From the NCBI GenBank assembly GCA_039920385.1, contig JBDSDR010000020.1:6341-70340 (forward strand): a stretch of 64,000 nucleotides of DNA. Reading direction: 5' to 3'. The notes under the pieces were generated by a model. The model had not been told where the DNA came from. It was given only the letters and a program-made list of their open reading frames with translations, and made no database searches. Shown one piece after another: positions 36,269 through 45,746 of this stretch. How positions within the stretch are numbered: the stretch's first letter is position 1; every line of letters begins with the position of its first letter. This stretch comes from Candidatus Saccharimonadales bacterium. Lineage in GTDB: Bacteria; Patescibacteriota; Saccharimonadia; Saccharimonadales; JAUPVS01. A program made the position numbers and the translations under genes.

Positions 36269-37567
36269 ATGTTAGATATTCAGTTTATTCGCGACAATCC
36301 GGAGTTGGTCGAAGAGAAGTCCCAGCAAAAAAACGTTAAAGTAAGTATTAAAGAGTTGTTAAGGTTCGACGAGCAGCGCCGTGAATTACTGGGCAAGGCC
36401 GAAGAATTGCGCCAAACTCGTAACCAGCAGGCTGGTGCAACCAAGGGTCAACGGCCCACCGATGAACAAATTGTTTCCGCCAAAAAGCTCAAAGATTCTT
36501 TAACCAAAGTCGAAGACGAATTGAGTAAAGTCGAAACTCACTACCTAAAACTACTTAAGCAGGTTCCTAATGTGGCACTCGATAATGTGCCGGTTGGTAA
36601 AACTGAAGACGACAACCAAGTGGCTAAAACTGTTGGCGAACCGCCGGTGTTCGATTTTAAACCAAAATCCCATGCTGTGATTGCCGAAGCCAAGGGCTGG
36701 CTAGATAAAGAACGAGCTGCTAAAGTGGCTGGTTCGCGCTTTGCCTATGTTAAGGGCGATCTTGTAAAGCTGCAGTTTGCGATTATCCAGTTCATTATGG
36801 ACAAATTATCCGACCAAGACTTTATCGACGAAGTTATTGCCGAAAATAATCTTGAGGTCAGTAACAAACCATTCCTGCCAGTCTTGCCGCCTTACATGAT
36901 CCGGACCGAACTGTATGATGCTATGGACCGGCTCGAACCGCGCGATGACCGTTATAAAATCGATGATGAAGATTTATGGTTGCAGGGTAGTGCCGAACAT
37001 GTCTTAGGCAGCATGCACGCCAAAGAAGTTTTAGACGAAGCTAGCCTGCCTTTGCGCTACATCGGTTATGCTACATCTTTCCGCCGCGAGGCTGGTACTT
37101 ATGGCAAAGACATGGAAGGTATGTTCCGGATGCACCAGTTTGACAAGCTCGAAATGGAAAGTCTCGGTCTGGCCGAAGCAGGCTATCAAGAACATCTCTT
37201 CTTAATTGCTATTCAAGAAAAAATTATGGATATGCTAGAGATTCCATATCAATTAATCGCCAAATGTACGGCCGATATTGGTAAGCCCAATGCCGCCGGG
37301 GTCGATATTGACGCCTGGATGCCGGGCCAAGATGCCTACCGCGAAACCCACACGGCCGACTACATGACTGATTACCAAGCCCGCCGCCTGCAAACTCGGG
37401 TGCGCCGGGCCGACGGCAAGTTGGAGCTGGTTCATAGTAACGATGCCACGGCTTTGCCTTTGAGCCGGGGACCGATTGCCATCATCGAGAATTACCAGAC
37501 CAAAGACGGCGATGTTCAAGTTCCAAAAGTTTTACAACCTTACATGGGAGGCAAGCAAACAATATGA
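36269..37567 (+). CDS. serS: Seryl-tRNA synthetase
   Basis: MLDIQFIRDNPE N-terminal coiled-coil arm and class II core. TATAAT at 36256-36261 lies 7 nt upstream of the ATG. Confidence 0.93.
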   Translation: MLDIQFIRDNPELVEEKSQQKNVKVSIKELLRFDEQRRELLGKAEELRQTRNQQAGATKGQRPTDEQIVSAKKLKDSLTKVEDELSKVETHYLKLLKQVPNVALDNVPVGKTEDDNQVAKTVGEPPVFDFKPKSHAVIAEAKGWLDKERAAKVAGSRFAYVKGDLVKLQFAIIQFIMDKLSDQDFIDEVIAENNLEVSNKPFLPVLPPYMIRTELYDAMDRLEPRDDRYKIDDEDLWLQGSAEHVLGSMHAKEVLDEASLPLRYIGYATSFRREAGTYGKDMEGMFRMHQFDKLEMESLGLAEAGYQEHLFLIAIQEKIMDMLEIPYQLIAKCTADIGKPNAAGVDIDAWMPGQDAYRETHTADYMTDYQARRLQTRVRRADGKLELVHSNDATALPLSRGPIAIIENYQTKDGDVQVPKVLQPYMGGKQTI

Positions 37568-37923
37568 TCCAGAAAATCGAAATCAATAGTGTTCACGCCG
37601 AGGTCGATGATGATCTTAAGAAATACGTTGGCAAAAAAATTGGCCACCTCGATAAGTACATGTCAAAACACGCCGAAGCGACCGCCCACGCCGAAGTTAA
37701 ACTTAAAGAGAGTCATGCCAAAGACAAAAAGCAATGTGAGTGCGAAGTTGTACTGTACTTGCCAAAGGAAACCTTAGTAGTCAAAGAAAGCACCATTAAT
37801 ATGTACGCCGCTGTCGACATTGTCGAAGCAAAGCTTAAGAATCAGATTAAAAAATACAAAGATATTCATGAATCAGCCAAATTTCGGCAACGGGTGATAA
37901 GGCGTTTTCGACGTCAACTTTAG
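37564..37923 (+). CDS. hpf: Ribosome hibernation promoting factor / RaiA family (short form)
   Basis: 119 aa. The beta-alpha-beta-beta-beta-alpha pattern (I.I.....V.D.L..YV..K...L.KY) fits the family. Overlaps the serS stop (ATGA). Confidence 0.8.
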   Translation: MIQKIEINSVHAEVDDDLKKYVGKKIGHLDKYMSKHAEATAHAEVKLKESHAKDKKQCECEVVLYLPKETLVVKESTINMYAAVDIVEAKLKNQIKKYKDIHESAKFRQRVIRRFRRQL

Positions 37924-37925
37924 CC

Positions 37926-37944
37926 TGTCGCCGGGCGACAATTT
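37926..37944 (+). terminator. Weak terminator-like hairpin after hpf
   Basis: Stem tgtcgc / gcgaca with loop cgg, followed by aattt. The U-tract is poor. Confidence 0.35.
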
Positions 37945-37983
37945 AAGATACAATAGACGGATAACGGGAGTATTGCTGTAAAC

Positions 37984-40602
37984 ATGAAGAAAATTTTTAA
38001 ACGCGTCCTGGGTGATCCGCAAGCAAAGACTCTTAAGCGCTTGCGCAAAAAAGCCATTCTAATCAACAATCTATCTTCTAAATATAAGAAGATGAAAGAC
38101 CCGCAGTTAAAAAAGCAGACAGCGGTCTTAAAAGACCGTCTTAAAAAAGAGTCTCTCGAGCAAATTTTGCCCGATGCTTTTGCGTTGGTGCGAGAAGCCG
38201 CCGACCGTGTACTTGGTATGCGCCACTTCGATGTTCAGTTGGTTGGCGGTATGGCTCTGCACGAAGGTAGTGTCGCCGAAATGAAAACCGGTGAAGGTAA
38301 AACTTTAGTTGCGACTTTGCCAGTCTATCTAAATGCCCTTACCGAAAAAGGTGTCCATGTTGTGACCGTTAACGATTATTTGGCCCAGCGTGATGCGGGC
38401 TGGATGGCACCAGTTTACGAGTTTTTGGGCCTTAAAACTGGCGTTATTATTGCCGACGAGTCATTTATTTACGACTCCAAATTTATAAACGAAAAACACC
38501 AAGACGAGCGAATTAAGCATCTCAAGCCAGCCACTCGCCAAGAAGCCTACGCTGCCGACGTTGTCTATGGTACCAACAACGAATTCGGTTTTGATTATTT
38601 GCGCGACAACATGGTTCGCGAGATTGACCAACTACGCCAGCGCGAACTCCACTACGCCATCGTTGACGAAGTCGACTCGATTTTAATTGACGAAGCCCGC
38701 ACACCACTAATTATTTCTGCTCCATCAGTTACTAGCGCCAGCGCCTATCTGCAATTTAGCAAAGTTGCTCGCCAACTTAAAAAAGAAACCCACTTCGAAG
38801 TCGACGAAAAACGTAAGTCAGTGGTACTTAACGACGATGGGGTCGAGATGGTCGAAAAAATCCTCGGCATCGACAATCTATATTCCAGCGACAATATCCG
38901 CACCATCTATCACTTAGAACAGGCTTTGCGCGCCGAAGCTCTGTTTAAGCGCGACAAAGATTACGTTGTTACGACCGATGGGGAAGTTGTCATTGTCGAC
39001 GAATTCACCGGAAGATTGCTTAAAGGAAGGCGTTATAACGAAGGTTTACACCAGGCCATCGAAGCTAAGGAGAATGTTACTGTCCAAGAAGAATCAATGA
39101 CCTTAGCCACAATTTCTTTCCAAAACTACTTCCGTCTATACGAAAAGCTGGCCGGTATGACTGGTACCGCCGAAACCGAGAGCGAAGAATTCCACCAAAT
39201 TTATGAACTAAGCGTCAATCAAATCCCGTCTAATAAAAAACTAATCCGTGATGATCGTCCCGACCGTATTTACAAAAGTGAAACCGGCAAATTCAAGGCA
39301 ATTATTAACGAAGTTCGGATGCTTCAGCAAAAGGGTCAACCTGTTTTGATTGGTACAGTTTCGATCGAAAAGAACGAAAAACTGGGCCAGATGCTCAAAA
39401 AAGCCAATATCCCACACCAGGTTCTGAATGCCAAAAATAACGAAAAGGAAGCCAGTATTGTAGCCCAGGCTGGTCAACCCGGTGCGGTTACATTAGCAAC
39501 TAACATTGCCGGCCGTGGTACCGACATCGTGCTCGACGAAAAAGTTAAAGAGCTAGGCGGGCTGTTCATCCTTGGTTCGGAGCGACATGAGTCACGGCGG
39601 ATCGACAACCAGCTGCGCGGTCGTGCTGGTCGCCAGGGCGACCCTGGTGTGACCCAGTTCTTTGTTAGTACCGAAGATGATTTAATGCGTGTTTTTGGTG
39701 GTGATCGCATTGGCGGCATGATGGAACGGATGAAAGTTCCCGAAGATATGCCAATCGAAAACCGAGTTATATCGCGTAGCCTTGAGTCTGCCCAAAAGAA
39801 AGTCGAAGGCCACAACTTCGATATTCGAAAAAATGTCGTGCAATATGATGATGTGATGAACCGCCATAGGCGAGCCACCTACACCATGCGTAAAGAAATC
39901 CTACATCGCAACGATATCGAAAAACGCATCCGAATTTTTATCGAAGAAGAAGCCCGCGATCTAGCTCGTTCGCCTCAAGCTATGACCGATATCTACGAGA
40001 CGCTCATCACCGAAACTTTTACGTTTGATGATGCCACGCTCGACCGTTTGTTTGATACTGAGGCTCAAGGTTTTGAAAAAGTCTTAGTCCAAGAGGCGAT
40101 TACACTTTACGAAAGTCGGACGGCCGCCTTTGGGGTCGACAACATGCGTAAAGTTGAGCGCGATATCTACCTGCAAGTCCTTGATAACCTCTGGATGCAA
40201 CACCTTGAGAATATGGAGCACTTGCGTGAGGGAATTGGCTGGATTAGTGTCGGTCAACGTGACCCATTAGTTGAGTATCGCCGCCAAGGTCAGCAGTTAT
40301 TTGAAACCATGCAAGAAACTCTGAGGCATGACGTTGTCCGAACTTTGTTGCATGCCGAACCAGTTAACGTCAGTGATTTAGATGAACCAATCGAAACTGA
40401 TTTGACCAGAGCGGCTCGTCGATCAGTCGATAATGCCGATAAGGTAATCGAAGTTGACGAGTTTAAAGAAACCGACTTTGCTTCAGTTACTAGCGAGGGC
40501 TTACCAGCTAGTAGCACCAAAAAAGTTAAGACAGTAGACGCTCGTAAAAAAGCTCGCAAAGCCGAGCGTAAACGCAAAAATAAGTCTAAGAAAAAGAAAT
40601 AA
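37984..40602 (+). CDS. secA: Preprotein translocase ATPase SecA (Lys-rich tail, no C-terminal Zn-finger Cys)
   Basis: Contains MKTGEGKTLV (Walker A), DEVDSILIDEARTPLIIS and TNIAGRGTDI. Confidence 0.96.
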   Translation: MKKIFKRVLGDPQAKTLKRLRKKAILINNLSSKYKKMKDPQLKKQTAVLKDRLKKESLEQILPDAFALVREAADRVLGMRHFDVQLVGGMALHEGSVAEMKTGEGKTLVATLPVYLNALTEKGVHVVTVNDYLAQRDAGWMAPVYEFLGLKTGVIIADESFIYDSKFINEKHQDERIKHLKPATRQEAYAADVVYGTNNEFGFDYLRDNMVREIDQLRQRELHYAIVDEVDSILIDEARTPLIISAPSVTSASAYLQFSKVARQLKKETHFEVDEKRKSVVLNDDGVEMVEKILGIDNLYSSDNIRTIYHLEQALRAEALFKRDKDYVVTTDGEVVIVDEFTGRLLKGRRYNEGLHQAIEAKENVTVQEESMTLATISFQNYFRLYEKLAGMTGTAETESEEFHQIYELSVNQIPSNKKLIRDDRPDRIYKSETGKFKAIINEVRMLQQKGQPVLIGTVSIEKNEKLGQMLKKANIPHQVLNAKNNEKEASIVAQAGQPGAVTLATNIAGRGTDIVLDEKVKELGGLFILGSERHESRRIDNQLRGRAGRQGDPGVTQFFVSTEDDLMRVFGGDRIGGMMERMKVPEDMPIENRVISRSLESAQKKVEGHNFDIRKNVVQYDDVMNRHRRATYTMRKEILHRNDIEKRIRIFIEEEARDLARSPQAMTDIYETLITETFTFDDATLDRLFDTEAQGFEKVLVQEAITLYESRTAAFGVDNMRKVERDIYLQVLDNLWMQHLENMEHLREGIGWISVGQRDPLVEYRRQGQQLFETMQETLRHDVVRTLLHAEPVNVSDLDEPIETDLTRAARRSVDNADKVIEVDEFKETDFASVTSEGLPASSTKKVKTVDARKKARKAERKRKNKSKKKK

Positions 40603-40606
40603 GCCT

Positions 40607-41893
40607 GTGAAACACACGGTAACTGAGATTAAGGCCAAAAATGGTGCTAGGGGGTTGCTGATTCATATTCCTGACGCCAGTGTTATGACCTTCGACTTTA
40701 ACTTTCGCGCTGGTGAGTACTTGGTCGAACGTGATATTTGGGAGACGCCACATTTAATGGAGCACCTACTACTGGGAGCTAACGAGTTAATACCTAAGGC
40801 ACGAACCTTTCAGGCTGAATTCGAAAAAAATGGCGCCTACTCTAATGCCTCAACTGGTAGTTATGACATAACTTACGAAGCTGAGTGTGCCGATTTTGAA
40901 TGGGATCGGGTTTTGGGACTATTACTGACAGCTATTACTAAGCCGCTATTTTTGGCCGATGAATTTGAAGCCGAGTTTGGTAACGTCCGCGAAGAGCTGA
41001 ACGCTCGGTCTAACAGCCACTTCCGCCATCTTAGTCTAGCCCTGCGCGAAGAGTATGGCTTCAAGGTTGTAACCGACCAAGAACGGCTTTTGCTCATGAA
41101 AAACGTTACCCTTAAGGACATTAATCATCATTACAAACGGACACACACCAGTAGCAATCTGAGATTTGTGATTGCCGGCAACCTTAGCAACGACCGGCGG
41201 GCCGCCGTTAAATCTTTAATTAGCTCTATAGAGTTACCGGAGGGGGATGGCCGCCAGCCTTTACCAGTCGAAAAGCCGCGCCGACTCGAAAAGCCACTCT
41301 ATATAAATAACGCAACCGTCGATAACATCTATTTTTATTTGGACACCTTTAAACAACGACGGCTATCCGATCCAGAAGCTGATGCTCTTGGCCTACTCAA
41401 TACTATGTTAACCGAAACTTTGTATTCCCGAATTTTGGGAACGGCCCGCGAAAAGGGCTTGGTTTACAGTATGAGTTCTGGACACTCGCAGTTAATCGAT
41501 AGTAGCAACTGGTGGTTTGGTGCTCAGGTTATGCCAGCCAATGCCGAAGCTCTCTTCAAAATTATTACCAAAGAACTTAATGCTGTATTTCGGGCTGACT
41601 TGGCTGATGAAGATGTCCAAGCAGCTAAACAATATGCCATTGGCCGCTATCAGCGGGGCGCTCAGACTGCCGCAGGTATCTCGAGCGGCTACGCCTATCG
41701 TTACTTTTTTGATGATGAAATCGAAGATTATTATCAGGTGCCCAATCGAATTAAAGCAATTACTAAAAACCGAATTATTAAAGTTGCTAATACCATGTTT
41801 GAGGACGATACCTGGGGCTTGGGATGTCTTAGCAGTGCTGGGCAGGAATTTGCTGATAAACTTTATGGCCAGGCCAAAGGATTGTGGCGTTAA
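40607..41893 (+). CDS. M16-family (pitrilysin-like) zinc peptidase
   Basis: Contains the inverted zinc motif HLMEHLLL (HxxEH). The GTG start lies just after the secA stop. Confidence 0.8.
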   Translation: MKHTVTEIKAKNGARGLLIHIPDASVMTFDFNFRAGEYLVERDIWETPHLMEHLLLGANELIPKARTFQAEFEKNGAYSNASTGSYDITYEAECADFEWDRVLGLLLTAITKPLFLADEFEAEFGNVREELNARSNSHFRHLSLALREEYGFKVVTDQERLLLMKNVTLKDINHHYKRTHTSSNLRFVIAGNLSNDRRAAVKSLISSIELPEGDGRQPLPVEKPRRLEKPLYINNATVDNIYFYLDTFKQRRLSDPEADALGLLNTMLTETLYSRILGTAREKGLVYSMSSGHSQLIDSSNWWFGAQVMPANAEALFKIITKELNAVFRADLADEDVQAAKQYAIGRYQRGAQTAAGISSGYAYRYFFDDEIEDYYQVPNRIKAITKNRIIKVANTMFEDDTWGLGCLSSAGQEFADKLYGQAKGLWR

Positions 41894-41941
41894 ATACGCT
41901 TATGGTATGATACCAACAATGTAATAAAAGGTGCCAAGCGA

Positions 41942-42427
41942 ATGCCTCCACAAGATCCAATGAATCCCAGTCCTGTTAACCCAACGACACCGCCGGCCGA
42001 TAGCGGTGCCACAAGTATCAATGTTAGTACTACTCCATCAGCCTCAGTCGACCCAATGTCTTCGACCCCGTCGGTCGACAGTCCAGCCAGTGATTTTGTA
42101 CCCGACACAAGCGCCAATACCCAACCGGCTATGCCCGATTTTAGTGCGTCAGTACCACCGGTATCATCAACTCCAGTCACTCCATCTATGCCGGCAGCAC
42201 CGCTTTTCCCGGCCGACAACCCATCACCAGCTGCAGTTCCGACGCCAGAAATGGCCGCTCCAATGGCCGCTCCAATCGGTAAAGCTAAATCTTCCAAAAA
42301 AGGCTTAATGATAGCAGTTATTGTAGGCGCGGTTATTATTGTTGTCATGTTGGGAGTAGTTTTGCTATTGGGAAGAAGTTCGTCAGACCAGACTGACATC
42401 ACTACCGATACCACGATCCCACAATAG
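41942..42427 (+). CDS. Pro/Ser-rich protein with a C-terminal TM anchor (hypothetical)
   Basis: A low-complexity P/S/T/A N-terminal ~120 aa is followed by LMIAVIVGAVIIVVMLGVVLLLG. Same orientation as its neighbours. A 191-aa antisense ORF also exists (see rejected list). Confidence 0.6.
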   Translation: MPPQDPMNPSPVNPTTPPADSGATSINVSTTPSASVDPMSSTPSVDSPASDFVPDTSANTQPAMPDFSASVPPVSSTPVTPSMPAAPLFPADNPSPAAVPTPEMAAPMAAPIGKAKSSKKGLMIAVIVGAVIIVVMLGVVLLLGRSSSDQTDITTDTTIPQ

Positions 42428-42446
42428 TAGGTTATAATCTGCAGTA

Positions 42447-43535
42447 ATGCAGGAATTAATCTCACAGTTATCAGAACTTCAGTCGAGCGTGACAGAAGCT
42501 CTAAAAACGCTCCAAATTAGCCAGCTAGAAAATGAGCTGGCTTCATTGGCCGCTAAAAGTCAGCAGGCTGATTTTTGGAGTGATCAAATAGCCGCCCAGG
42601 CCACAATGAAGCAACAGTCAAATCTGCAAGCTCGAATCGAGCCTTGGCGGGAGCTTGAAAAACAAATTAGCGATGCCCTAGAATTAGCCGAACTCAACGA
42701 CGCTAGCGTGGAGGTTGACCTCCAAAAACAACTGAAGATTCTTAACAAACAACTCCAGGGTTTTAAACGGGAACTGCAGTTTAATGGACCGTACGACGAT
42801 TTAGATGCGATTGTTTCAATTCATGCTGGTGCCGGCGGTACCGACGCCCAAGACTGGGCGCAGATGCTACTAAGGATGTATGTGCGCTGGGCCGAACAGC
42901 AAAAGCTTAAGGTCGAGGTTATCGATCAGGCAAATGGCGACGAAGCCGGCCTAAAAAGTGTAACTTTCGAAATCAGCGGGCCGTTTGCTTACGGCAAACT
43001 ACAGGGTGAGCATGGTGTTCATCGTCTAGTCCGGCTTAGCCCATTTAATTCCGATAATTTACGCCAAACTAGTTTTGCCAAGATCGAGGTTTTGCCCAAA
43101 GTCGAAACTGCCGATAAGCTTGAGATTGATGACAAGGATTTGAAGATTGATGTTTACCGCTCCGGCGGTAAGGGCGGACAATCAGTTAACACGACCGATT
43201 CAGCCGTCCGCATTACTCACATACCGTCCGGTATAACGGTGGCCATTCAAAACGAGCGTTCTCAGTTGCAAAACCGTGAAACTGCTATGACTATCCTGCG
43301 CTCGCGTCTAGCCCAACTACAACTGGAGCAACATCAAGAAAAGCTGGCTGGGATTAAAGGGCCTAACCAATCAGCTGAGTGGGGTAATCAAATTCGCAGC
43401 TATGTATTGCATCCCTACAAGCAAGTAAAAGACTTGCGGACTAAGCACGAAACTAGCGATGCCGAGGCGGTTTTAGACGGTAAGCTCCAGCCCTTCATCG
43501 ATGCTTATTTAGAAAACCAGCTTACTAACAACTAA
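42447..43535 (+). CDS. prfB: Peptide chain release factor 2, single uninterrupted ORF
   Basis: Contains the SPF motif (RLSPFNS) and GGQ (SGGKGGQSVN). TATAAT at 42433-42438 lies 8 nt upstream of the ATG. Confidence 0.95.
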   Translation: MQELISQLSELQSSVTEALKTLQISQLENELASLAAKSQQADFWSDQIAAQATMKQQSNLQARIEPWRELEKQISDALELAELNDASVEVDLQKQLKILNKQLQGFKRELQFNGPYDDLDAIVSIHAGAGGTDAQDWAQMLLRMYVRWAEQQKLKVEVIDQANGDEAGLKSVTFEISGPFAYGKLQGEHGVHRLVRLSPFNSDNLRQTSFAKIEVLPKVETADKLEIDDKDLKIDVYRSGGKGGQSVNTTDSAVRITHIPSGITVAIQNERSQLQNRETAMTILRSRLAQLQLEQHQEKLAGIKGPNQSAEWGNQIRSYVLHPYKQVKDLRTKHETSDAEAVLDGKLQPFIDAYLENQLTNN

Positions 43536-43594
43536 AAGTTGTAATTTATAACAGCCTTAAGATTCTGTTAATTTTCTAATTGTATAGTAGCGGT

Positions 43595-43900
43595 ATGGCT
43601 AGCACAGATGTTACCAATCAAGACATTCTTGAAGCACTGAATGTATTCGCAATCAGTGTTGATGGGCGCTTCACGGCTGTCGACAAACGATTTACTGCCA
43701 TTGATGACCGATTTACTGCCATCGACAAACGCTTTGACCAGATAGATCTGCGGCTTAGCTTTGTGGAAAACCAAAATCATTCAATTGGCTACGAGCTACG
43801 TGAGGTTAAACAAAAGGTCGAAGATATCGACGGTCGGCTGATAGGGGTAGAGAACGACATTAAAGAAGTATATAGCTACTTACCGCTAACCGCTACATAA
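43595..43900 (+). CDS. Small coiled-coil protein with heptad D-x-R-F repeats
   Basis: Repeats read VDGRFTA VDKRFTA IDDRFTA IDKRFDQ IDLRLSF. TATAGT at 43583-43588 lies 6 nt upstream of ATG 43595. The track TTG at 43580 is rejected. Confidence 0.7.
   Translation: MASTDVTNQDILEALNVFAISVDGRFTAVDKRFTAIDDRFTAIDKRFDQIDLRLSFVENQNHSIGYELREVKQKVEDIDGRLIGVENDIKEVYSYLPLTAT
43661..43765 (+). repeat. Five tandem 21-bp (7-aa) coding repeats
   Basis: The units are gatgggcgcttcacggctgtc / gacaaacgatttactgccatt / gatgaccgatttactgccatc / gacaaacgctttgaccagata / gatctgcggcttagctttgtg. Confidence 0.85.
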
Positions 43901-44018
43901 AAAGTTTGCAATAGCCCGCTGCGCGGCCTTACCAAACTAACGACAGGTATGCGGACATAACCTCACGATGTTCGGTTGTGCCCGTGCACCTGACGTAAAG
44001 TTTGCTATAATAAAGCTA

Positions 44019-44702
44019 ATGATTTTATTGGACAGGGTAACTAAGGTTTATGGCAAAGGTATGGCACCGGCGCTGGACCGTATAAACTTGCACGTCGAGC
44101 CGCGTGAGTTTGTGATTGTAGTCGGGGCCAGTGGTGCTGGTAAATCAACTCTTCTTAAGCTTCTGACCAGGGAAGAGAAGCCAACCAGTGGCAAAATAAT
44201 TGTTGGTGGAATCGATTACGACAAACTTAAAGATAAAGAAATTCCTTATTTGCGACGTCGAATTGGTACGGTTTTCCAGGATTTTAAGCTTCTTCCCAAT
44301 AAGACTGTTTTCGAAAATGTTGCCTTTGCACTCGAGATTGTCGGTACCGGCAAGCACGAAATTCACTATACTGTGCCGCGTGTGCTCGACATTGTTGGAC
44401 TTAAAGGCAAAGAAAAACGCATGCCGCTCGAATTATCAGGCGGTGAAAGACAGCGGGTGGCAATTGCTCGAGCAATTGCACGGCAGCCCAAGATTTTGAT
44501 TGCCGACGAGCCAACCGGTAACCTTGACCCCAAGCACGCCTGGGATGTTGTCAAAGTCCTCCAAAAGATTAACCAATACGGTACAACGGTCCTACTAACT
44601 ACTCATAACCAAGAAATTGTTAACAAACTGAAGCGCCGGGTAATTACAATTAGCGACGGCAAAATTGCCAGCGATCACGCTCAGGGAGCCTACAAAGGGT
44701 GA
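44019..44702 (+). CDS. ftsE: Cell-division ABC ATPase FtsE
   Basis: Contains GASGAGKST (Walker A), [14 protein letters not shown] and [15 protein letters not shown] at 44006-44011 lies 7 nt upstream of ATG 44019. Confidence 0.93.
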   Translation: MILLDRVTKVYGKGMAPALDRINLHVEPREFVIVVGASGAGKSTLLKLLTREEKPTSGKIIVGGIDYDKLKDKEIPYLRRRIGTVFQDFKLLPNKTVFENVAFALEIVGTGKHEIHYTVPRVLDIVGLKGKEKRMPLELSGGERQRVAIARAIARQPKILIADEPTGNLDPKHAWDVVKVLQKINQYGTTVLLTTHNQEIVNKLKRRVITISDGKIASDHAQGAYKG

Positions 44703-44704
44703 GT

Positions 44705-45649
44705 ATGAAACGTAAACTAATCGTACTAGAACGAATCACCAAAGCCGGAGCTGTTAACTTTGTGCGCAATGCCTGGTTGTCGGCGGCCGCCATCGCCGTT
44801 ATGGTAATTACTCTAACAATTGTTCTGTTTTCGGTTATTGCTCGGGCGACGTTCAATAACACCATTACCCAAATCAATAACAAAATTGATGTCTCGGTCT
44901 ACCTAAAAGACGAAATCACCGACGAACAAAAGAATAACTTAATTAAAGAAGTTAAACAGCTACGAACCGTTAAATCAGTTGAGTATGTTTCTAAGGATGA
45001 TGCCCTAAAGAGTTACAAACAAGCTAACCAAGACAATCTTGATCTTCTGGTGGCCATTTCACAAACCGACAACCCACTACCAGCCAGTTTAAAAATCAAA
45101 CCGGTTGACCCTAATAAGCTCGACGAATTAAGGGTCTTCCTCGAGAAGTCCGAAAATAAACAGCTGCAGTCAGACCAAACCTCCTATTCGGGCGATCGCA
45201 AAGAGGCCATCGACAAAATTAGTAGTGCCACCAGCTTCTTCCAGAAGGGGGGACTAATCGGCATTCTTATCTTTACCTTTATCTCGATGCTAATTATCTT
45301 TAATACCATCAGAATGGCTATCTTCAATCGCCGCGATGAGCTTAATATTATGCGTTTGCTGGGGGCCAGCACCTGGTTTATCCGCGGGCCATTTATTGTT
45401 GAGACGATGTTATACGGGTTTGTGGCGGCAATTTTGTCGGTTCTTATCTGTAATGGTTTATTCAGTTTATCGTCGACGACGTTTGAGGCCAGTAGTCTAG
45501 GTCTGCTCGATATCAGTTATGCCAACAAGTACTTTTTAGACCATTACTGGTTTATCTTGACCGCGCAGATTGGCATCGGTATAGTAATTGGTGCCGCCTC
45601 ATCATACTTAGCGACCCGGCGGTATCTCAAATTCAAAAGTCCAAAATAG
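44705..45649 (+). CDS. ftsX: Cell-division permease-like protein FtsX
   Basis: Follows ftsE. Shows one TM helix, a large extracytoplasmic loop and three C-terminal TM helices. An alternative GTG start at 44699 would overlap the ftsE stop. Confidence 0.88.
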   Translation: MKRKLIVLERITKAGAVNFVRNAWLSAAAIAVMVITLTIVLFSVIARATFNNTITQINNKIDVSVYLKDEITDEQKNNLIKEVKQLRTVKSVEYVSKDDALKSYKQANQDNLDLLVAISQTDNPLPASLKIKPVDPNKLDELRVFLEKSENKQLQSDQTSYSGDRKEAIDKISSATSFFQKGGLIGILIFTFISMLIIFNTIRMAIFNRRDELNIMRLLGASTWFIRGPFIVETMLYGFVAAILSVLICNGLFSLSSTTFEASSLGLLDISYANKYFLDHYWFILTAQIGIGIVIGAASSYLATRRYLKFKSPK

Positions 45650-45746
45650 CAGCAATTCAACAATTTAGTGCAAGGACACTTAACTTCGGTTATTGCAATG
45701 TCCTGGGGGGTATGTTATTATGCTAATGCTAACTCATAAAAACAAA

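Noticed and set aside
41890-42465. 191-aa minus-strand ORF (Gly-rich) antisense to the Pro-rich gene.
   Set aside because: It is the mirror image of a Pro/Ala/Ser-codon-rich sequence. It opposes the orientation of all neighbours and overlaps the M16 stop and the prfB start. I treat it as a shadow ORF, though strand choice is not proven.
42447-43535. Expected programmed +1 frameshift in prfB.
   Set aside because: The RF2 reading frame is continuous from the ATG for 362 aa. There is no in-frame early TGA and no SD-like slippery site, so no frameshift is present.
44700-44702. Possible alternative genetic code (UGA recoded, as in some CPR lineages).
   Set aside because: TGA terminates well-delimited genes (ftsE at 44700-44702, the HAD gene at 33186-33188), and RF2 is present. 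The standard code fits.
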